Source: Vermamoeba vermiformis
Lineage: Eukaryota
Reading direction: 5' to 3'
Length of the DNA stretch: 64,000 nt
Assembly: GCA_045837725.1 (NCBI GenBank)
Contig: JBEWZL010000011.1
Location: 310,001 to 374,000 of the forward strand
The notes beneath the pieces were generated by a model, which saw nothing but the letters and a program-made list of their open reading frames with translations, did not search any database and was not told the DNA's origin. Within the stretch, counting starts at the first letter, position 1. Each line of letters starts with the position of its first letter. The position numbers and the translations under genes were made by a program. Shown one piece after another: positions 12,853 through 26,800 of the stretch.

Positions 12853-15800
12853 TTAGTTTTGTTTTTGTTTGTTGTTATTTGGTGCAGCATTAGTCTTCTT
12901 CGTGAACAACGAGAACTCGCTTGAGATCCATAAAATGATGTAATCAACGACGAAGCACAAAGCACCAGCTAATGCGACTATAAGGAAGTCGTAGTATGAT
13001 AGGTCGGGAATCTTCGTTGAGCCGCTCAATCTGATGCGCAGTTGTTTGTCGTACAATAAATTAATGCGGGCGATGGGCAGTAATAGCACAATGCTTGACA
13101 CGCAAGCGATCAAAATCAATAAATTCCAGCTCGATAAGCTTGATATGCCTCGTTGTCGTTCAAAAAGGAGTCTAATAATGATAAAGTTAGATCAAAAGGT
13201 CGGATGTGGATCAGGTCATATTTTGTGCTTACCGAACGTTCGATACCAAACAAATCATTTGACCGGCCACAACACCACGTACTAAGGCATTTTCTTGCTT
13301 CAAAAATACCTCTGAGACCGTCAGAATGATCGCTACATGCAAAAGAGCGTTGAGCCACCATTGTATTTTCTTTCGAGTGTTGAATCGATTGTTCCTAAAG
13401 CAAAAAAATGAGTTAATATCGGGAACGGCAGACAAATTAACTGAAAAGAAGTTGGGGCGAAAAATAAAAAAGAAATCTCCAACACCGGGAATCGAACCCG
13501 GGTCACCCGCGTGACAGGCGGATATGCTGAACCCCTACACCATGTCGGATTGTTGATTCGAAAATTCGCTCAGATTGGACGTCCCCGCTTCCGCACCAAA
13601 ACTAGGCAGCTAAACTTACCTGTGTCGTGAGTAGAAGTCGGGATTGGCTTTCAAATCTTTGGCAGACACTGGAATGTTGAAAATTCCGTACACCATGAGC
13701 GGATAAGCGAGCAGCAATGTTGAGCAGATGAAAATGATCTCGCCAGGCACGAGCGGATCTCCTTCAAAACCTTGAATCATTCTACGCAACAGTTAGCTAT
13801 ACTATTCCTAATTTCGAATGAGATTTGCTTACCTTGAGAAGTACGGCACGAGTGCTAAGACTAGGGCTTTGTAATCGTTCCACAAATAAACAGTCGATAG
13901 CTTGAAGTAGTTCTGTGAGCCATGTATGAGCATCTGTTGCAAGTGTTTGAACTTGAGTGTCTTGAAGTCACTAGCGCGACCAGCGGCGTCTGTTTCTTTG
14001 CTCTCGAGGCCAATGCCTACATGTGCCTCTTGCAACATGGGCACGTCATTGCCGCCGTCACCAATGCTCAGGGTCGTGTACTTGGACTCTTTGAACATGC
14101 TCGTCAACAGCGATTTTTGCAAGGCACTAACACCCGCAGCAATAACGTTGTTGTACAACACGAGCGTGCTTCTAAGCAACTCATACTATAAAAAGAAAGT
14201 TAGGCACGTGGGTCATAGTTACCGAGACTAATATAACTTACGTTTTGCTTATCGATTTGATTGTCTTTGATGTACGTGACAGTTTTCATCGCGGATCCGT
14301 CAATAACGAGGACTTTGTGAGTAATGACTTGCGAGTTATTAACGTTGATATTATTAGGACTCGTAATATGGTCTTCTACGTGATTATCTCCTCGTGGACT
14401 TTGCGGTGCTTCAGTTTGAATTTTTTCGTGGAAACGTTTCAATTGGTTGATAATCTCGTCTTTCGTATAAACCACGTCTGATTGCAAGTCTTTTGTCGTT
14501 AAATAATCATAATCATAGTGATATTGAACCAACTCTTGTTCTTCTTGCTTTTTTGCGTTTTTGCCACGATTAGCGCTCGATTTGAATTGCGTGCTTTGGT
14601 GCACGTGACAATGACTTTGCAACTTTTTCCAAATCGCGACAGCAGTGCGAGGGTTGTCGCCAGTGGCCATGACAAACTTAATATCGCAATCACGGATAAA
14701 TTGCAACGTTTCTTTGGCTCCCTGCTGCAATTCATCTTCGATGCAAGTCGCACCTGCAAATTTAAGTCCGTGCTCGATCTGTCGGAAAAATTATTGTAAA
14801 ACAAGCCGTTCATGAAAACTGAAATTTCGTTGGTTTTTACGTACTTCAAGCCAAGCTTCTTTCAATTGCGGAGAATTATCGCCTTCAACGGAGGATTCAA
14901 TTAATTTTCCGTGTTTGTTCCACCAATTATCGAATTCTTCTTGCGTCAATTCTTTTTGTCCCCAATACAAAATTCTAAATCCGTCTGCAGCTTCATTTGC
15001 CAAAATTTCACCAAGTTTCTTTTCTTTCCAATTATTCTGTTCTTGTTCGGACAAAAGTTCCAAAACGACCGAATCAGCGCCTTTCAATAACAACTTGATT
15101 TTTCCGCTCTCGCAGCCACGTAAAATAGTGCACATGTATTTGATGTCGCTCGAGAACTTCCTATTGGCCAAAATCTCGTACTTGCTGTCGGTCTTCCAAA
15201 CCGTTGATATTTGCACCATTTCTTTGCCTTTCTGTCGGTATCGCAGGGCTAATTTGCAGTTGAACATTGCCGCACTGTTAACGAATTCTTCGTCATCGGG
15301 ATTGGCTGTAAAATAAAATCATTAAAATGCTATTGAACTGAAATTTTATCGCATATGGCCTTAATTTCACCTCTTCATACTAAAGTCACGAGTAATATAT
15401 AGTAAAATTATATAATTAATCAATAATATTATATTGTTAAATGTCGCTAAAAAGTAGGAGTGTTTTCAGTGAAAAAATAAATTTGATAAAATGAATGTAA
15501 CTTACATGAATAGATCTCGCTGCCTTTCGGCAAGACATTATTACACAGCGCCATCATTTCGAGGAACTCGCGAATTCTTCCCGTTTTAGCAGTTTCCAAA
15601 TGAAGTTCTTTTTCGAACGATCCTTGACGCAGATCGAACATGGTGTCGCTGACCAAAACTTTGCGAAGTTTCAACGCGTTTTCAGTGAGCGTGCCAGTCT
15701 TATCCGAGACAATCACATCGACCACGCCTAACACTTCAGGAATGGTTCTGTACACGTCAACACTCAGCTCGGGATCGTCGCGCATTTGCACGCATTGTCC

Positions 15801-17791
15801 GATACGAACAATGTCGCCAGTCAGTTGCGTTGAAAGATTGTTCAGGCCGTTCAAGTGCAAGAAATTGATTACCATCTAAAGTACGAATAAGAAATTATTA
15901 AGAGTAATCAAAATTACTGAATTTCGCGATAATCACTGAATTATTTAAATACACTTATATAAATTAGAAATATCATTAGTTCTATCCGAAAAAAACCAAG
16001 CTTTGTAAAAATAATTACGTCGTAATATTAATAAGATCAAGCAATATTTCAGGACGAATATTCGAAGTTTGAAAAATAAATGGGGGACGTACCTCTTTCA
16101 CCATAAACAAGGGGTCAATGCCGCTAACGCCAACTTTGAGCGATTTAAAGACGACGGCAATAAATACCAATATGCCCAATAAAGGAAAGTTGTACTTGGT
16201 GATCAAATTCTGCAATGAAATATCGAGTGGGGTTTTCTTCAACGGTGTGCGTGAGAAGCATTGGCCTAACTTAGTTTCGTAGCCAGTGTAGATAGTATAC
16301 ACTAAAATCCAATCGGTGCTGTACAAAAAAAATTAGACAAAAAATTCGAAGAAAAAATTGTCGATTTTTTTTCTCTGCACTTACCCTTCTAAGACGGAGC
16401 CACGGAAGACGCTGTTGGTGTGATTGAAAGGAGCGAACTTATTATTAAATAAGACTGATCCTTTGAATTGTTTGAAGAAGTTGTTTGGCGGATCGCACTG
16501 CACGTGACCATCGAGACCTTTGTACAATTGCAAGAATTTCATCAATTTCAATTCTTTTTCGGTCATTGTCTCGTCCTCGAGTTCTCCTTCAACTACAATA
16601 ACTTTATAAGTATTAAATTCTTCATCTATTTTTTGCAACTTACGCTGAATGTCACCGAACAGATCCAAACAGAATTTTTCCTGCGGTGCAGTTTCGCCTG
16701 TCAACGCAGCTTCTTTCAATAAAATAGGCGAGCTAATACTCTCCGATGACCCGATAATAACACCGTCGATAGGGATTTGATCCCCATCGTTAATAATGAT
16801 CAAATGACCGGGCAAAATATCTTTGTTGTGGATCGACTTGATCCAGCCCAACGTTCTTTTGCACAATAAAATTAGATATGAGATAATAATAATTAATATA
16901 TGTATATACTTACTGATCGGATGTTTCTACGGTGGCTTCAGCATCGGTAGCTAGTCTCGTGTAAGTTTTCAAATTTTCCAAATTGTCCTCTGTATTTCGA
17001 CGCATTTCTTCGGTCAAAACCAACCTATCATATTATAACAATATATTAATACGATATCTTAATAATATATAAATCTTATTAAATTATGAATAATTACGTA
17101 CATAATTTTGCCTACGAAGGCAATTATGACACCGGGGTAAGTGCTGTGTTTGCCAGTAGGACTCCAATCAGTAGCGACTTGGAAAAACACTACGACTTCA
17201 AAATATATGTTGGCGACGTCGAGTATATACTCGAGCAATACGAGCGGGAATAAAGTGAGCGACGTGTAACGAGTGGTTTTGATCGCATTGTTAGGCAGAT
17301 CCGTCGTTTGTTCGTCGTTAAAATACAACGTTCGCCTACAAAAATAGCAATATTAATACTCTATAATATAATAGAATATACTAATTATAAAGTTTGTTAC
17401 TTACTTGCCGCCACGGCGTCTGTTGTTGGATTTGTTGAGTTGTTTTTGGATGCGTAATACTTCGCGCATGACTAGCGCTAAAAGAAGCATGATGACGACA
17501 ACGAATTCGATCTTGTCTTCATTTAATACGCGAGATAAATCGTTGCTAATCCAATCTTCAAATCGATCACCTAATAAAAAATTAATACTAAAATTTTGAA
17601 CGGGCATAATTTTGAAATTTAAGTAATTTAAATTGACGTGCGGAGTACACGCCGGTTAATATTTATTAAATTATAAAATTAAATTTACCTCGTAAAATTA
17701 ATATGGCAAACCAGGTTACGCTCAGAGTGAACGGGATCCAAACCAAAGTTTGCATCATGCCTGTAATGTTATCTCCTTCTTTTTTCTCCAT
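12853..17791 (-). CDS. Divergent P4-type (phospholipid flippase-like) P-type ATPase
   Basis: NAIKTTRYT, YTGYETK, SDKTGTLTEN, NPDDEE, KGADS, ATGD and IGDGGNDVPMLQEAHVGIG motifs; C-terminal membrane segments. Confidence 0.88.
13477..13549 (-). tRNA. tRNA-Asp(GUC), inside an intron of the P4-ATPase gene
   Basis: TCCGACA/TGTTGGA acceptor stem, TCCGC-CT-GTC-AC-GCGGG anticodon arm, GGTTCGATTCC T-loop, discriminator G and a downstream T-run. Confidence 0.96.
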
Positions 17792-18340
17792 CTAAATATT
17801 TATTAATATGGCATACTCCCGAGATTAAAAGGTGTGGTTGACGCAGCAGATGCGTGACGTTGCATAATTAAAATTATTACGTGTGAATTTTGAAAATATT
17901 TGACCAATGAAAAATGGCGTCTATGATACTATATATTCTATCATACTTTACCTTGTTGTCAATGGGAAAAATTCAGGTTCCTAAGCAAAGCTTGATCGGC
18001 TTTCGGAAAAATAAAAAATGAAACTCGTAAGTTTCGGTTTGTATTAAGCTATTGGCTATAAATATGTGGCCTATGTTGTGGTCAACAGTTTATCATCGTT
18101 TGTTTTTTTCTTAACCAAGCGACGAATTTTTTCTGTCTTTTTGCAACCACGTCATCAATCGTAAAATTCTAAAAACGAAACCGTAATGTCCTTGTTCCGC
18201 AGCATATTCTTTATTTTGTGATAATTAACCTTTATTAGTTTCTGAAAAGTCTTTACCTCGATCTGTTGAGTACTAAAACTACAAAAAAGTGGATTCTCGT
18301 TACTTTAAGCCGATCGACTGCGCGTGATCGTGCAAACTTA

Positions 18341-19065
18341 TTAATTGCGACGATTACAGTTAGGACATACTCCGTAAACATTCTTTCCTGAACCGCACTG
18401 GCAATTCTGATTGCCTGGGAAGCCGCTTATAATGTTCATTGCATTGTTGTGCATGACAGAGCTCATTTGAGCTTGATTATGAATCGATTCTTGGTACCGC
18501 ATAGCAGCTGCTTGTTGTATACCTAACATCAAGTTTAGCGTTCACGATCCGATCCAAAACAAAGGAAAACTTGTGATCGAGCTTCACACAGTAGGAAATA
18601 AGAGAGAAGAGGAAATGGGTAATTGAACTCACCTTGTTCCAATTGTTGAAGGACGTGCTGCGGTGGTGGCGGAGGAAAGCTGCTCGCTTGGACTTGAAAT
18701 CCCAGGTTTCGGAAGCTAACTTTGAGCTTTTCAGGATAGAAACGAATATTGGTAGCTAATAAATTTGTATAGCTGTCTTTTGACATCGTTCCGTTCGGAT
18801 TGATTGGTATTCCTAATTAATAAGATGATTAATTTATTTAGATCTGTCAAATAATTCGTTATTACTCACCCAAGACGTTGCACAACAATTCGATATTTTC
18901 TGGCGTGGATGGGACGTCTCCTGCAGCCATTTCAAGAGCGTTAAATTCGGCTAGGGACAAAGCTCCATCGCGATCTTGGTCAAATTGCTGAAACAGCTGG
19001 TCTACTAACGATATTAAATACTGAGCAGGCTGCTCTCGTACTATTAGAGGTCGTGTTGAGTGCAT
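18341..19065 (-). CDS. EF-hand protein with Pro/Gln-rich linker and Cys-rich C-terminus
   Basis: DQDRDGALSLAE loop; three exons join in frame; ends CQCG...CPNC. Confidence 0.75.
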
Positions 19066-19188
19066 TATGGCATTGGAATTCGCCTAGTTTTACTTTAATT
19101 TTCCACGAGTTTACCAAGCAACACAAGGAGGAAGAATGGAACCAGAGACATTTATTATTCAACACAGATTGATATCAAACATAGGTCG

Positions 19189-20497
19189 ATGACGATAAAC
19201 AGCAAGACGTTTTATGCATTCGAGTATAAGGAAGACACGTGGACTTTTGAGGAGAGATTCGTTCGCTTTGTTGCTAGAGCGGGCAAAGTTGGCTTTGTAT
19301 TTCGAGGAATAATTTATTTTGTTATCGGGGTAAGTATATTTATCGTTTGGAGTCTGTCGTGGCCACATCCGTAATTTTGAAATATTTTTTCTGCTTTTTA
19401 TTGTGTTCGTCACGGAATGGATAGGCAATATTTCACCCATAATAATTAATACTACATTATGAATATTAGTTGCTAATATTTAAATTTAGGTGATCGCGTT
19501 GGCGGGCATCCCAACAGCACGCAAGACAGAAGGAGTTGTTGGCGCCATAGAACGTATGTTTTAATACTATAAATAGTCAATATTCAATTATTAACCTTTT
19601 TATTATTAGTTCTCGCTAATAGTACATTTGGAACAACGATGCTGATTATTTTGACGATCGGACTTTTTGCGTACGCGATCTGGCGTTTATTTGAAGGCTT
19701 GGCAGGACTACAAATACGTTCAGAAGCCAAATTAATAACAAAGATAGTATTCCGATTCCCGCCAGTAATTTCAGCCTTGATCTACATGTTTTACGGCGTC
19801 GCGGTCATTTTAACTCTAAGCGATCCACGTATGTTTTTAAACACATTTCGACCACATAATATATATATAATAATATTAATTATCACTAGAGGATGAAAAT
19901 TCGTCTTCTTGGAGCGCTCAATTTGCCGCCACGGAGTTTGGGCGCGTAGTTTTGGGCATTGCTGGCGTGATCTTTGTTATTCTTTGTGGCTATCAAATAT
20001 ACTACGGAGGCACTAATAGGTTCAAGGTATGATATAGTTGATAGTATACTATGAAAATAAGCGATAAATAATTTATTTTTTTTCGTAATTTAGCAAGATC
20101 TGAATTACAGCCGCATGTCCAGGACGACACGAAGGTTTATATTTACTATCGGTCGTATTGGCATTATCGGGCGAGGCATAGTTTTCTTATTGTTTGCGGT
20201 GCTATTGTTCAGGTAAGTCACATCCAGTCCGTTACAAATCCGGATCGGATGCGCAATTTCGAATTACCTCTAAACTTCAATAATACTAACAATAATTATA
20301 TTCGTAGAGTTATTGCCTCTGATTCGAACGAAGAACTGGGCATTGGCGGTGCTTTGGGCCAGTTACAAAGCTACGTGTGGGGCCAAGTGATCATCGTCCT
20401 CGTGAGCGTGCCGCTCTGCATCTTCGGCGTATTTTCAGTGTTTCAAGCCAAATGGAAGAAATTTAAACGCACTACTGAAGAGCTCTTGTTGCCGTAA
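19189..20497 (+). CDS. DUF1206-like membrane protein (repeated units), 6 exons
   Basis: ARAGKVGFVFRGIIY, FG..MLIILTIGLFAYAIWRLFE, GRIGIIGRGIVF and GIGGALGQL...WG motifs. All exon junctions are in frame. Confidence 0.8.
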
Positions 20498-20826
20498 CAG
20501 CTCTCCTCGGAGTACTGCTGCAAAGCAAAACAAACCACAAGAGGCCACAAAAGTTGATCAGTCACGTGGACCTTAAGTTCAAAATACTCTTGACTTATCT
20601 TAGGTCTCTCGATGTTAAGACAAGAAGTGGGTGCTTAAGCCACCAAAACCAAATATGAAGCTGTTGCCTAGATAATGACAAAGAATTTGATTCTGATGAG
20701 GCATTCAAAGGAAGAGCTCATTCCATCAAAGAATATAAGATGACAATAGTCTAGATTGGTTTCACAAGTGACTGTCTCTGAGGCCTCAGCAACAGAATAG
20801 TGATTTATGCATAAATACAAATCATT

Positions 20827-22925
20827 TCACAGTTTTTGGCTTTCATGGTTTCTTTTGGAGTCCAATCTTAGTTGTGCACAAAAGCTGCTTATTTGCTTCA
20901 ACAACTCTATTTTCGTATGGAGACCTTTTGAATTCATCACCTCAACCATGGCTAGATAGATCATTGCCTCCTTGTGTTCAGCTTTGGACAAGGCATAAGC
21001 TGTTAAGGGAGGAACAATAATATAGATATTGTTGGCATTGTTTGGAGTGTCACTGGACTGGAAAACAGATTCCTCATTGCCTTCCAACTGGATAACATTA
21101 ATCATGATGCATTTGTAGAAATTTGACAATGAACTGAACTTACCTGGTACTGTGGAGTTTTTGCAGTGTAAAGACCAAGAGCCCAAATGATTTGAAGAGC
21201 GTTGACAGATACCTCTTTGTTTTGCACTAATAAAGTTTGTGTACCATCTGGCTGGTATGGAGTTGCAAGGAAAGCGTCTTGGACAAATTGTGTGTAAAGT
21301 CTGAATTCATCTCCTTTGAGTTTTGTCCAAGCAGTTAATTCATATTCTCCACCTTGCTCTAAGATGTCTCTGTAGAGTGAAGATAGAAAGCTTTCCTGGT
21401 CCAGAAGATCAGCTGAAATTTCCTCATGTTTTTGTAAGTAGTTTAGAGCCCAAAAGACAATTCTAGGCACTCCTGCTGTTCCTACAGAAATTAACAGGGC
21501 TACATCTTCAACACTAATGCCTTTAAGCTTCAGTTTGTTTGATGCAATCAACTTGTTCGTCATGTTGACAATGTTATGGTGGAGTAGTCTATCAAAAAAG
21601 AAGTGCTTAACTGCACTTGGAGGCACTATGTCATAAAGACCTTTGCCCGTCAAATACAGTAGTGGTGATCTTCCAGAGCAATAAATGTAGCCATAAGGAT
21701 GAAGTGAATGAATCAGAGTCCAGAAGTTGAAGTAAGCTTGGATGTAGTCCCTGTTGGGCTGCAGAAACTGCACTAGTCAGCAAAGATGTGAGCAAATGTA
21801 ACTCATACCTTGTTTTGAAATCCAGTGATTGCATGTTCCTAATAAAGCCAAGTTAGTTCTGTTGACCTCACAACTTAGTAGTGCAACTTACTGAAGCAAC
21901 AGTGTCAATTTCATCAAAGTGAAACATTAGAGGTCTTCCTAACTTCAATTTGAACCACTGAGCTAACAGAGCAATGCTACTGAGGCTGTTTAAGTCTTCA
22001 TCCAAGCCTAGGTTTACACTAATGCACTGCTCTTTCATCATTTGTCGAAGCATGTCAAGAAATGTTGTCTCATTGAAGGGTTGTATCTTTCTCATGTCAA
22101 CATAGATGTATTGTGCTGTCAAAAATTCTTCAAACTTCCTCTTGTGCTTCTCTGGAATCAATCCTTGCAGCTTTTCTTTGCATTTGTTTGCAGAGCGAAC
22201 AATATTTGCGCCAAACCAAGTCTTTCCTGAACCAACCATTTGAGAGGCAATGGCAATTTGTACTTGATTGTTAGTTTCTAGAGTTGCCACACCAACTTCC
22301 CAATTGTGTACCAGCAACTGAATGTACTGCTGCAGTTCTTGCTCACGATTCTCAAAATCATAGTTATCATCCTTAGGTACTATTGCTTCACTGACAGGTG
22401 CAGGACCAAGTTCAGTATTAGCAGTAGTGTCAGATGATTGCATAGTGGTACCTTTTTCTGTGCAGGAGCTTTAGTGTAACTTGGGCAAAACAATTTGTAA
22501 ATTTGAAACAATTTCAGCATTGACAAGATTGAAACATCCTTGTATTTCTTAAAACTTACGAAATTTTGGTGGATCTTTGCATTCTGGTAGATCTGTCTTC
22601 TCTATCTTCCGTTTGAGGGCTAAAAGGTTTTTAATAAATAAACAGGAGGTGGATAAAGATTACCTTGGTACTCTGCTTTTAGCTTTGCGAGTTGCTGGTC
22701 AATCTCGGCAATTCGCTCTAATAAAATGAAAAAACAATTAACGGATTGAAGGTGCAAATTCAACTTCAGGGCGTAGCAATAGAGGCCCCATTTATTTAGT
22801 ATTTTAAAAATTTATCTTGCAATAATACGGGTGTTTTGCGGTTGTTGAGTGCAGCTAATCTGAGATCGAACTTTGTTTTTACGTTCAAGAAAAAGAAAAT
22901 AACGAATCTTACCATTCCCGCTCAT
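20827..22925 (-). CDS. Crinkler/RHS(CR)-type P-loop NTPase protein, possibly C-terminally truncated
   Basis: Walker A QMVGSGKT, Walker B MFHFDEI, CSGRS sensor-like and TAGVPR motifs; short coiled-coil N-terminal exons. No recognisable downstream nuclease domain. Confidence 0.6.
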
Positions 22926-23803
22926 TTCGACCAAGCCACGCTCGCTTTCAATGCTGACTTATGCTATCAGATTGCGTTTGTCCAGGAAACGTGAACGAGT
23001 TAACGGTCAAACTTGGTCAAACAAAAAATAAGTTTCATTTTGTCGAATTGAGCTTCGTACTGCGATGTATGCTGCCACAAGGCAATGTAAAAGCAGAATG
23101 TTAGGAACGAGCACTAATTAACTTTAGTCCTACTTAGTTGCAGATCGAGATTTGTGAGCGCCTCTGGAGCCACCTCCAAAGTGCGATGAAAATTTCCTAA
23201 TTACGATAGAAATATTCTTCGAAATACACTGCCAGTTTTTCCCGCTTGGGCGATAGAACGCTGCTTCGGATCAATATTTTCCGTGTAATGTAATTTATTT
23301 CTGTCAGGTAATTAATTTAATTTTGAATCGCCAATGCAATTGCCTAATTTATGTTAGTATTGCTTATTAATAATTTTTATTATTAATAATTAATTTATTT
23401 AACCGTTTTATTCATAAGATACTTGTTAAGCACTAGAGTACTACTACTCCGCGTCTTATTTTGTAGAGGATCGTCCGCGAACTACAGACCGTTTCAAATT
23501 CGACGAGGAATTCTTATTGGACGCTCAATTTTACTCATCTGAAAGCTTAAGCCACATCCGAGTAATGCAGGCTTGCTGCGTCCGTGCGAACGAACTGAGA
23601 GTTCGAGTCATAAATGCTACGTCTAGTGCACCCACGGACGTCTCCAGGAACGAAATGGAATTTACTAAGCGAAATTTCTCAACAAAGGCAACACGGCGTG
23701 TTCTCACAGCCCAAAAAGAAACCAGGAAATCGTTTTAAAACAACAAAACACCAATCACTATCACCACAACACAATATTATTCAACTAGATACACGAAAAG
23801 CAA

Positions 23804-26800
23804 ATGGAACGCTCGAATCCAGAAGTAAGTAAATTCAATTATAATTAAATGGAGTTTAAAATTAACGCCATTAATTCAGGAAAGCGTTTCTCTCGTGAAT
23901 TCCATATATGAGGAGTCTCATCCGAGAGAATCGGACTTAATCTCGGAGGCTGGAGGAAATGAATTCTTTCTGATCGAAGGAGATTCGTTGTTACTCGACA
24001 TTCTGAAAGCTCCTTACCGGCGCATCGATTGGAATTATTCCGGACAATTTCTACACTTGCTTGCTGCCATTGAACAGTTTCTGAATCAGATCTTGCTGGC
24101 CGGAGGAAAGTTTGCGATTATTTTTTTCGATTGCAATCGGTCACTCTGGGACCCCTCCATGCAATGTTTTAGATATCTATTTATTCAACATTTGACTTAT
24201 AAGACCGATTTGGCCGTCTATTGCTTGCCATCCTGGATTCCAGATGTCGACAGCAGATTCGCTCAAGAATTTATGCAAACTCTCCCAGCTTTTGTTGCCT
24301 TGTCCGACGCAGAATATGCTACCAATCCAACAATGGTAGAGCAATTTCGAGCATTTTTCGCCTTCTGCAAGCAAACTTTGAACACCTGCTTCATCTCGTC
24401 GATCCGACCTCGTAGCGGAAGATTAATTGGCTTAGTCTGTTCCCCGCTCAATCGTAGCATCAAATTTGATTGGTCTTCTATCGCACTCACACTGGAAGAA
24501 GTGCCTGCAAGGTCTGAATGGACGGAACCAACGGATCTGCAGTGGCTCGATTCAATCACCTCGCTGGCTTGCATGGGCGTTCTTGATGCATCTAATGATG
24601 AAGATACGCCTAGACTAATTGAATTATGCAAGGTTATGTTGGTCCATGTTTCTTTGATCGCGCATCTGCCGCTCGAACATCGTGCCCTCAACGTGAAGTT
24701 TGATCAAGGCAGCGAAATCATCCAAAGCTTCCTAAATAGTTATTTTTGTACTCTTAGTGCCATCTTAGAGCGATACAACTTCGGCCAGGCTTCATTGGTT
24801 GACATTTTTGACGGCCGACTTTTCAGCTCCTTACTCGTCTTCTTCGCGAACCACGAGTACTTGAAGCCCGAGGATATTCTTGCGGATGCCGAGTACACTA
24901 AATTGGAAAACATATGGACCCTAATCGCTGGCTCTGGATCGTCCGTCATACCTCGGATTGACTTCGTCAAGGGGGTGTGTGAGGCCACTGTCCCGCTCGT
25001 GGCTAATAATCAGATGATAACGTGCGACTCTGTAGTCAAGTCTATCGTCCTACCAGAGCTGATTGGCACCGAAGGAAGAGAGTTTCAACCGCCACGTCAA
25101 ATCGTTGAGTTCTCTGAAGACCACCATTGGCACTCGAACAAGCCACTCAAAGACACATTATGGGCGCTGGCCAGAAACGACGATCCGGTGCAGTCAAAAG
25201 ACAGGTGGCGTCAGAGAAAAGAAAATCGAAGTATTCAAAAGTATTACCACTTTATTACAAGGTAAGGTCGCAAAAGTTCGATTTTAATTTTTTATAAATT
25301 TAATTCTTTTTTTGTTTTAGATACGCATTATCGCTCGAAGGAAACAAATTATACCAAGGAACGCCTTTGATTCTCGGCTCTAAGGCCAAAGCGGAACAAG
25401 AAGCAATCGCCTCAAAACCGAAAAAAAGTTATGCGAAGAAAGGTGCAGCCCCGGCTCAAGCGCAGTCGAAGAAGTTAGCTATAATTCAGCAGAATAGCAA
25501 CAACAAAGATAAGAAGAGACGCGAGGAATGGCTTCAAACCAAAACCGTTATTACAAATCTTTGGCAAGGAGGTCACAGAAAAGACGCAATTTCGCGTTTG
25601 CAGACTGAACTTCAAACATCTTGCCCAGCAGATGTCAACTTGGAGATTCGTTTGTTATTGTTAAAAATCCATCTCAAGCGCTTAGAAGATCTTCGGAGGG
25701 AGAAGAAAGAAGCCGATTGGAAAATTCAAAGTCACAAAGTAGAAATTTTCAAGCTCGTGCACAAGATTATTGACAAACACGGCGCCAACGTTGAAAAACA
25801 ATCACTACTGACCGAAGCCATCAAAACGGACTTGGTTAAGGCTTTGGTCACTCTGAAGTTTTACGACTCGGCCGTCATAGTTGCCAAAGAACTTAACGTC
25901 AAAGTGCCAAAGATCGGAAAAGATGGCGAGTCCTCTATTAAGTTTCAGTTAGAAGTTATGGGACACCTTCTGAAGCGAAAGAATAGTACCGGATTTGACC
26001 CACGCGTTGGTTTTAATCCTGACGCCTGGCAAAAAGAGTTGATTGACATTGTTGACGCCAACGATTCAGCCTTAGTTGTTGCCCCCACGTCTGCTGGTAA
26101 GTTCAATGTTAGCACTTTTCTTCCACGCTAGCTAATGCAAATTATTAAGGCAAAACTTTCATATCTTACTACGCCATGAAACGAGTTTTGGAAGCGACAG
26201 AGGATGGCGTCGTTGTCTATATATCGCCTACTAAAGCGCTAGTTAATCAAGTTTCTGCCGAGATTTACGCTCGCTTTCGAAACTGCCAAGAACAATTGAA
26301 GAGCGGAACAGCTATTTTTGGCACCTTTACGAGGGACTACAGACACAAGCCTTTGAACTGCCGTATCTTGGTTTGCGTGCCACAATGCTTCGAAATTCTG
26401 CTCATGTCGCCTAACCACTCTGAATGGGCCAAGAAGATCAAGTACGTCATATTCGACGAAGTTCATTCAATCGCTGAAGTTGGATCCGGTGAAATTTGGG
26501 AGCACCTCTTCTCATTGATCAGTTGTCCTTTTTTGGCATTGTCAGCAACTGTCCAAGACACCGGCAAGCTCAGAGACTGGTTGCAAGTCAAATTTAGTCA
26601 ACAGAACCTCGAAGTCAAAATCCAAGGCAACCGCGTGGAATTTCAGCCACGCGCTGGCGCGAAGCAGAAAACAGTTCATTTGGTTGAGTACAAACACAGA
26701 TATTCCGATCTTTCAAGGTTCGTTTATTCTCCCGAAAACAGCTTGACGCGCATTCATCGTTGCTCGTTACTGTCTGCGACGGTCATCCAGCAAAAGGGAT

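Noticed and set aside
23040-23740. Exon-like patches between the CR-type gene and DDX60
   Set aside because: No consistent spliced frame or recognisable domain could be built.
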